Below are positions 58,109 to 64,000 of a stretch of DNA of 64,000 nt, piece after piece. Source of the stretch: an uncultured Spirochaetales bacterium. GTDB taxonomy: Bacteria > Myxococcota_A > UBA9160 > PR03. Location: contig CAYGWM010000002.1 of assembly GCA_964353555.1 (NCBI GenBank), positions 34,379-98,378 on the forward strand. The letters run 5' to 3'. Every line of letters starts with the position of its first letter. The first letter of the stretch is position 1. The notes under the pieces are model-generated. The model was not told the DNA's origin. It saw only the letters and a program-made list of their open reading frames with translations, and did no database searches. A program made the translations under genes and the position numbers.

Positions 58109-59251
58109 GTGGCGACGGCGTTCGCCCTCGCTACGGTCACCGCGGCGACGCTGGGCGCGGTCTGCGACCCGAGCGCCATCCGCGTCACGAATCGGCTGCC
58201 CGACCCCGCGCTCGTCGACGCCCGTGGCGACGTCGACCCCGACGGCTTCGATGCGCTGGTGGCGGCGACCGAGAAGCAGCGCGGGCTGGGATTCATCCAG
58301 CGCCCGCGTCTCGAATTGTTGCGCGACGACGATCCGCGGCTCGCGTCGCTGCGCGAACGGGCGCGGGCGCTCGCGCCGTGTCCTCGCGTCGCGGCCGCGG
58401 CCGCGAACGCGAGCGCAGCCGAAGCCGACGCGCCCGGAAGCTGCTTTCCCGATCCGGGTCTGCAATGGGTGCTCTGCCTTGCGCCGCCCGATCGCGAGCA
58501 GGCGCGCCGCGCTCTGAAGCGCTTGCTCGATGCGCAGAACTATCCGCGGCTCGCGGACGCGGCGCCGGTGCTGCGCGGCGATCCCGGTGTCGCGATCCGA
58601 TCGCTGCTCGCCGCCAGCGCGCGCAGCGTCGCGACCGGCCGCGGCGATTCCGGCGCGGAGGCGCCCTCGTTCGAGATCCTCGAAGAGCTGGATGTCGTGG
58701 TGCCGCGCTCGGCGACTCCCGAGGCCATCTGCGTCGATCTCGCCGACGGATTCCTCGGCACCCACCGCGATCGCGAAGCGCCGTTCCGGACGCCGCCGCT
58801 TTCGACCAAGCAGCTGGCGAGTTCGCGCGCGTACCGCGGATCCGAGCGTCCGTACCGGATCGTGGGTCCCGCGCCGACACCCGACGGATGCGAGGTCGAG
58901 AGCGATGAGAGTATCGGCGTCGCGAGGCTGCTGGCCGAGCGAATGGCGATAGGGGGATTGCTGCCGGGACGTGCGCTCGCGGGCTGGCGGGGCGATCGCG
59001 GCATCCGCTTCGCGTGTCCGGACGGCGCCCGGCCGTGGCTCTACCTGGCGGAACTCGCCGCGAAGGCTGATGCGACTGCGTTCGCAGCGCAGATTCCGCA
59101 GTCGCTTCCGGCGGAGTTCGCGGGCGCTTCGGAGACGCTGCGTCTCGGGCGGCGCGTCGTGATCTTCCACGACTTCGATCGGGACCGCGCACGCGCGTGG
59201 GCGACGTCGGCCGCGACCGACGAGCTCACGCGTCTCGACGAGCTCGATTGA
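58109..59251 (+). CDS. Hypothetical exported protein embedded in the GT-C block
   Basis: In-frame GTG 58109 gives the hydrophobic N-terminus VATAFALATVTAATLGAVC. No family recognised; there are several Cys pairs. The stop overlaps the start of the next GT-C gene (TGATG). The track ORF start at 57896 overlaps the divergent gene. Confidence 0.5.
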   Translation: MATAFALATVTAATLGAVCDPSAIRVTNRLPDPALVDARGDVDPDGFDALVAATEKQRGLGFIQRPRLELLRDDDPRLASLRERARALAPCPRVAAAAANASAAEADAPGSCFPDPGLQWVLCLAPPDREQARRALKRLLDAQNYPRLADAAPVLRGDPGVAIRSLLAASARSVATGRGDSGAEAPSFEILEELDVVVPRSATPEAICVDLADGFLGTHRDREAPFRTPPLSTKQLASSRAYRGSERPYRIVGPAPTPDGCEVESDESIGVARLLAERMAIGGLLPGRALAGWRGDRGIRFACPDGARPWLYLAELAAKADATAFAAQIPQSLPAEFAGASETLRLGRRVVIFHDFDRDRARAWATSAATDELTRLDELD

Positions 59252-61425
59252 TGCGCTGGAAGCTCTGCCTGCTGTTCGGACTCGCGCTGGCGGTGCGGCT
59301 GCTGCATTTCGCCGCGATGCAACACTCGATGCTGTACGAGCTGCTGCTGGGTGACGCCAGCCAGTACGACCGTTGGGCGCAACAGATCGCGGCCGGCGAC
59401 TGGCTCGGCTCCGAGGTCTTCTACCAGACACCGCTCTATCCGTATCTGCTGGGCGCGTCGTATCGCGTCTTCGGCCACGACCCCTGGGTCGTGCGCATCT
59501 TGCAGGCGGTCTTCGGTGCGCTGTCGTGTGTCTTCCTCGCGCGCGCCGGCGCCGGGTTCTTCTCGGAACGCGTCGGCTGGATCGCCGGAATCCTGCTCGC
59601 GTTCTATCCGCCGGCGATCTTTTTCGACGGCATCGTGCAGAAGGCGTCGCTCGATCTGCTGCTGATGACCGCGCTGCTGTGGCTCGCGGCGATCACGCAG
59701 GCGCGTCCGCGCGCCGGCCCGCTTTTCGGCATCGGAATGTTGCTGGGCGCGATGATGCTGAACCGCGAGAACGCGGCGGTGCTCGCGCCGGTGCTGCTCG
59801 CCTGGATCGCGTGGTGCGCGTGGCCGCGTGGCGCGCTGCGCGTGGCGCTCTTCGGTGCGAGCTTCGTGCTCGGCGCCGCAGCGCTGCTGGTGCCGGTCGG
59901 CGTCCGCAACGCCTACGTCGGCGGCGAATTCCTGGTCACGACGTCGCAGATGGGATCGAACTTCTACATCGGCAACCACCGCGGCGCGGACGGCAGCTAC
60001 ACGCCGATGCGAGCCGGTCGGGGCGACGCGACCTACGAGCGCGACGACGCGCGGCGGATCGCGGAAGACCAGTCGAAGCGCGCGCTGCATCCGTCGGAAG
60101 TGTCGGCGTACTGGATGGCGCGATCCTGGGATGAGATTCGCAGCGCGCCAGAAGAGTGGATGCGGCTGCTCGCCTGGAAGTGGTTCCTCACCTGGAACCG
60201 GCTCGAACTCGTCGACGCCGAGGCGATCCATACCCACCAACAAGACTCGCCGCCGCTGCGCGCGCTCGGCTGGATCCTGCAATTCGGCGTGCTCGTGCCG
60301 CTCGCCGTGATGGGCCTCTGGTGGACGCGAGCGCAGTGGCGGCGTCTGTGGCTGCTATATGCGATGGGCGCGAGCTTCGCGGCTGCGGTGACCCTCTTCT
60401 ATGTGTTCGCCCGCTATCGCTATCCGCTGGTTCCGATCGCGGCGTTGTTCGCGGGGGCGGGACTCGCCGAAGGCTGGCGTCGGCTTCGCGATCGTCGCGG
60501 CGCGTCGGTGCGCGAACTCGGCGTCGGGCTCGCGCTCGGCGCGGCGGCCGCCGTCGCGACCAACTGGCCGGTTCCGCAGCGCTACGCCGACGACGCCGTG
60601 ACGTACTACAACGCCGGAACCGCGCTGCTCGAGGCGGGCCGCGTGCGTGACGCGTTGCATCTGCTCGAAGCGGCGCGGCGCGCCGACGCGCAGTTCCCGG
60701 AGACCTACAACAATCTGGGACGCGCCTTCATGGCGCAGGGGAATCTGGCGGAGGCGCGTCGCAGCCTGGAACGCGGCGTCGCGCTCGCGCCGAGCCACGC
60801 GGTGCTGCACTTCAATCTCGCCGTCGCGGCGTCGCAGCAGGGCGACGACGCGACGGCGCGAGCGATGCTGGCGAAGGCGATCGAACTCGACCCGCTGCTG
60901 GCGCCAGCCTACGGACCGCTCGCGGAGCTGGAACTTCGCAGTGGGGACTTGGACTCTGCGATCCGCCGCTTGCGGCGCGCCGTCGAACTCGAGCCCGATG
61001 CGGCAGTTGCTCACGCGGATCTCGGGCTCGCGCTGCTGATGCAGGGGAAAGCGCCCGAGGCCGTGACCGAACTGCGCGCCGCGCTGCGTGCGGATCCGCA
61101 TCTGTTGCCGGTCCGGAATCGGCTGGCCTGGATCCTCGCGACCGCCGCCGACCCGCAACTGCGGAATGGTCGTGAGGCGCTGGCTCTCGCGGAGGAAACG
61201 TGTCGGCCCACTGGCTGCCGCCAGCCGGAGCTACTGCAGACGCTCGCGGCCGCCTACGCGGCTTCGGGTGCGTTCGGCGAGGCCGAGAAGGTCGCTGCCG
61301 ACGGAATCCGGCTGGCTCGCGACGGCAACCAGGTCGAGTTGGCAGAGCGGCTGGAGCGGCAGAAGCGCTCCTACCGGGAGGGACTGCCGCTGCGCGAGAG
61401 CGCCGTCACTACGGAGCGTCGCTGA
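59251..61425 (+). CDS. GT-C-fold glycosyltransferase (PMT_2/GT39-like membrane domain) fused to C-terminal TPR array
   Basis: MRWKLCLLFGLALAVRLLHF...LGDASQYDRWAQQI..YQTPLYPYLLG (first loop) and about 11 TM helices. The C-terminal ~290 aa are TPRs (TYNNLGRAFMAQGNLAEARRSLERGVALAP...). Start is ATG 59251. Confidence 0.8.
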   Translation: MRWKLCLLFGLALAVRLLHFAAMQHSMLYELLLGDASQYDRWAQQIAAGDWLGSEVFYQTPLYPYLLGASYRVFGHDPWVVRILQAVFGALSCVFLARAGAGFFSERVGWIAGILLAFYPPAIFFDGIVQKASLDLLLMTALLWLAAITQARPRAGPLFGIGMLLGAMMLNRENAAVLAPVLLAWIAWCAWPRGALRVALFGASFVLGAAALLVPVGVRNAYVGGEFLVTTSQMGSNFYIGNHRGADGSYTPMRAGRGDATYERDDARRIAEDQSKRALHPSEVSAYWMARSWDEIRSAPEEWMRLLAWKWFLTWNRLELVDAEAIHTHQQDSPPLRALGWILQFGVLVPLAVMGLWWTRAQWRRLWLLYAMGASFAAAVTLFYVFARYRYPLVPIAALFAGAGLAEGWRRLRDRRGASVRELGVGLALGAAAAVATNWPVPQRYADDAVTYYNAGTALLEAGRVRDALHLLEAARRADAQFPETYNNLGRAFMAQGNLAEARRSLERGVALAPSHAVLHFNLAVAASQQGDDATARAMLAKAIELDPLLAPAYGPLAELELRSGDLDSAIRRLRRAVELEPDAAVAHADLGLALLMQGKAPEAVTELRAALRADPHLLPVRNRLAWILATAADPQLRNGREALALAEETCRPTGCRQPELLQTLAAAYAASGAFGEAEKVAADGIRLARDGNQVELAERLERQKRSYREGLPLRESAVTTERR

Positions 61426-63853
61426 CCCGCGGCGGCTGCCCGTAAAGCTGCAGCTGTTGCTCGAGCGCCGCGACGGCCGATCGGTCGTTGGCCCGGGTCG
61501 CGAGGTCCAGAGCCTCACGCGCGGTAGCGGCCGCCACGGGCAGCCGCCCCGCGGCCGCATTCGCCACTGCGAGCGTGGCCAGCGACCCGTACTCCCGGCG
61601 CTGGCTGCAAGCACGCGTGGCGAGTTCGATCGCACGGGGCGGGTCGCGGAGCGTCGGATCCGCGGCGGTTGCGAGCAGGAAGGCGAGGCGGTTGTTGGCG
61701 TCGTAGTTGTCGGGCCAGACGGAGACCGCGCGATCGAGCGCTGCGATCGCGTCCGCGACATCCCCGTGTTCGAGCGCGATCTCGCCGCGATGGGTGAGCA
61801 CGGTGGAGGTGACGAAGCGCGCGTCCGCGTCGTTGGCAGGCGGAGGCTGCGCGAGCAGCGCATCGAGCAGCCGGATCGCTTCGTCGCGCCGGTCCTCGCT
61901 GGCGAGCGTTCTCGCGAGGTCGATGGTGACGACCGCCTGGCGCGGATTCGATGCGAGTGCGCGCTCGAAGCGGTTCGCCGCCTCGGCCGAGTTGCCTTGT
62001 AGTTCGAGCGCGCTGGCGAGCAGGTACGCGGCATCGGCATCCCCCGGATCGGCGGCGAGCACGCGGCGCAGGCGCTCGATGGCTGCTTCGGGATCGCGCA
62101 AGCGCAGGTCGACGCGCGCCGCATCGCGCAGCAAGGCGGCCTCGTTCGGCTCGATCTCGAGCGCGAGCGCGAACTTCTCGCGGGATTCCTGCAGCCGCCT
62201 GGTCTTCGCGAGCGCGCTGGCCCAGTTTGCGAAGATCGTCTTGCGCGTGTAGCCCGGCGTGGTGTGCTCGATCAGACGGGCGGCGTTCGCGAGGCGCGCC
62301 AGCGCGAGGTCGTAGAGGCCACGCTCGGTGTAGATCCAGCCGAGGTTCATGTAGCCGACGGGATTGTCCGGCTCCTGCGCCACCGCCAGTTCGAACTGCT
62401 CGAGCGCGAGGTCCGGGAATCCGGTCTCGTAGAGCGCGAGTCCCCAGGTGCTGCGGATCGTTCCCATGTCGCGGTTGTGCTTCGCCGCTTGCTGGCAGTG
62501 CTCGATCGTCTTCGGGAAGTCGCTGCGTGCGAAATAGCGCTCCGCGAGGACCCCGTGCGCGAGCCAGTTCCGCTCGGTGTTGGCGAGCGTGTGTTCGAAG
62601 AGCCCGATCTCGTCGTGCCATTTCGCGCTTTGGCGATGCGTGAGCAGCGCCAGTCCCGCGAGCAGCAGCGCGAGCGCCATTCCCGCGATCGCTCGCACGG
62701 CGGCCGGAGTCGGGCGCCATCGCAGCAGGTCCTGGGCGGACCACGCGAGTGCGATTCCGAGCCCCCAGAACGGCGCATACACATAGCGGTCCGCCATCGA
62801 CTGCATGCCGACCTGCACGAGGCCGATCACCGGGACCAGCGTCCCGAGGAACCAGAGCCAACCCACCAGCAGGTAGCGGTGGCGAAATCCGAGCCAGACG
62901 AATGCGATCGTCGTCGCGACCAAGATTGCGACACACGAGAGCACCAGGCGGGGCGTCAATCCTTCCGGGTCGAGCGGATAGAAGACCGCGAGATGGAACG
63001 GCGCGAAGAAGGTCCGGATGTATGCGACGTAGGAGAGCGCGACGTTGCCGAGGCGGGCCGCGATCGAGAAGTTCTCGACGGTCGACATCGAATCCTGTTG
63101 CGCGTGGAGCGTGATGACCGACGTCGCCACCGAGAGCAGCACGAACGGAAGCTTCTCCGGAAGCAGCTTCCACCAGCCGCGCGCTAGCGCGCGCGGCGTG
63201 ATGGCGCTCCCTTCGGCCGTCTCGAACGCGGCGCGCCGGAGCGGCCAGTAGTCCAGCAGCAGCAGTCCGAAGGGCAGCGTCACGAACATTCCCTTGGACA
63301 TCAGCGAGAGCGCGAGGCACAGAACGCTCGCGACGTAACGGCTGCGACCGCCGCCGCGCGCGTAGCGCGCGTAGCTCCCGATCGACAGCAGCGCGAAGAG
63401 CGTCGAGAGCAGCGTCTTGCGCTGCGCGATCCACGCGACCGACTCGACGTTGGCTGGATGCAGCGCAAAGACCGCCGCGACGAACAGACTCGGCGCCACG
63501 TCATTCGTCAGCGAGCGCAGCACGAGAAAGAGCAGCACCGCATTCAGTAGATGCAGCGCGACGTTCACCGCGTGATGGCCGCGGGGCTCGAGGCCGAAGA
63601 CCTCGACGTCGATCATGTGGCTGATCCACGTGAGCGGGTGCCAGTTCGACGACTGATGGCCGGTGAGCGCCCAACGGATGTTCGCGAGCCGCAGGCCGGT
63701 CGCTACCGGTGGATTGGCTTGGATGTAGGCCGAGTCGTCGAAGCGGATGAACTCCGCATCGAGGGCGGGTCCGTAGCTCCAGAGCGTCGCGGCGATCAGC
63801 ACGGCGAGCACGACCAGCCAGCGGAATCTGGGAAACATCAGGTGCGGATCCAC
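61409..63853 (-). CDS. TMTC-like GT-C glycosyltransferase (DUF1736-type membrane domain + long C-terminal TPR array)
   Basis: TM1 is followed by IRFDDSAYI. Loop VFALHPANVESVAWIAQRK. It is collinear with the 51910..54141 protein over the whole membrane domain. The C-terminal ~400 aa are TPRs. Start is GTG 63853 or ATG 63838 (GAGGTG upstream of the latter). Confidence 0.8.
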   Translation of the reverse strand: MDPHLMFPRFRWLVVLAVLIAATLWSYGPALDAEFIRFDDSAYIQANPPVATGLRLANIRWALTGHQSSNWHPLTWISHMIDVEVFGLEPRGHHAVNVALHLLNAVLLFLVLRSLTNDVAPSLFVAAVFALHPANVESVAWIAQRKTLLSTLFALLSIGSYARYARGGGRSRYVASVLCLALSLMSKGMFVTLPFGLLLLDYWPLRRAAFETAEGSAITPRALARGWWKLLPEKLPFVLLSVATSVITLHAQQDSMSTVENFSIAARLGNVALSYVAYIRTFFAPFHLAVFYPLDPEGLTPRLVLSCVAILVATTIAFVWLGFRHRYLLVGWLWFLGTLVPVIGLVQVGMQSMADRYVYAPFWGLGIALAWSAQDLLRWRPTPAAVRAIAGMALALLLAGLALLTHRQSAKWHDEIGLFEHTLANTERNWLAHGVLAERYFARSDFPKTIEHCQQAAKHNRDMGTIRSTWGLALYETGFPDLALEQFELAVAQEPDNPVGYMNLGWIYTERGLYDLALARLANAARLIEHTTPGYTRKTIFANWASALAKTRRLQESREKFALALEIEPNEAALLRDAARVDLRLRDPEAAIERLRRVLAADPGDADAAYLLASALELQGNSAEAANRFERALASNPRQAVVTIDLARTLASEDRRDEAIRLLDALLAQPPPANDADARFVTSTVLTHRGEIALEHGDVADAIAALDRAVSVWPDNYDANNRLAFLLATAADPTLRDPPRAIELATRACSQRREYGSLATLAVANAAAGRLPVAAATAREALDLATRANDRSAVAALEQQLQLYGQPPRVSDAP

Positions 63854-64000
63854 CTCGGAGTTCGAGTCGGAAGACTACCCGAGACCGCGGCGCCGCCATC
63901 GCGCGTTCTGAGCGATGCCCGGATCTGGAAAAACTTTTCCCAAGTGTGGGTAGGTGCATTCCGCATCTGGCTCGCGCGATCTCGCGATGATGCCGCGGTT

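Noticed and set aside
54402-58517. 1371-aa ORF on the plus strand, the longest in the track
   Set aside because: It lies antisense to the two GT-C genes 54159-56222 and 56226-57968. The product is extremely Arg/Glu/Asp/Pro-rich without TM helices or motifs, whereas the opposite strand encodes coherent polytopic membrane proteins.
63925-63945. Sigma-54 promoter reading of the minus strand TGGGAAAAGTTTTTCCA
   Set aside because: TGG is present at the -24 position, but the -12 element reads TTTC instead of TTGC at the required spacing. This is not enough to call.

Overview
High-GC (roughly 70% by eye) bacterial chromosomal segment with about 52 supportable protein genes, 2 tRNAs, one clear intrinsic terminator and one small repeat family. 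I saw no rRNA, CRISPR array, transposase, integrase or phage genes. Gene content (DUF4388-type pseudo-receiver, PilZ, many TPR proteins, ilvC-psd-pssA-leuA order) looks deltaproteobacterial or Myxococcota-like, but taxonomy cannot be proven from the sequence alone. From 1 to 23 kb the genes are housekeeping: uppS', dxr, rseP, tsaB, ilvC, psd, pssA, leuA, leuB, a usg-like gene, truA, rplM, rpsI, a Nudix gene, pyrG, tRNA-Val, tRNA-Arg, ilvBN, a GT1, uvrA, pcm and an enoyl-CoA hydratase. From 23 to 42 kb the genes are signalling, lipid and envelope related. They include a PilZ / M20 peptidase / CxxCH protein operon, a DUF4388 pseudo-receiver, a rhomboid, a 7TM histidine kinase and an MBL hydrolase. 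They also include a glpD / FAD-oxidase / FGGY-kinase operon, an ABC1 kinase, a membrane-anchored MutS-domain-V ATPase and a secreted hypothetical. From 42 to 64 kb there is an accessory-looking island, which is the most interesting part. It holds two B12-type radical SAM enzymes, a GMC oxidoreductase, two SAM methyltransferases and a GtrB/DPM1-like polyprenyl-phosphate GT2. It also holds six GT-C-fold membrane glycosyltransferases, four of them fused to C-terminal TPR arrays (TMTC-like). I propose this as a candidate undescribed periplasmic O-glycosylation system built on a tailored lipid-linked sugar donor. A 127-nt near-perfect hairpin repeat sits inside the island, and a single-arm copy lies 7 kb upstream. 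Many long R/A/G/P-rich ORFs in the track are antisense or out-of-frame shadow ORFs and were rejected. Several track ORFs have spurious 5' extensions, and I re-set those starts by motif position and start/stop overlap.
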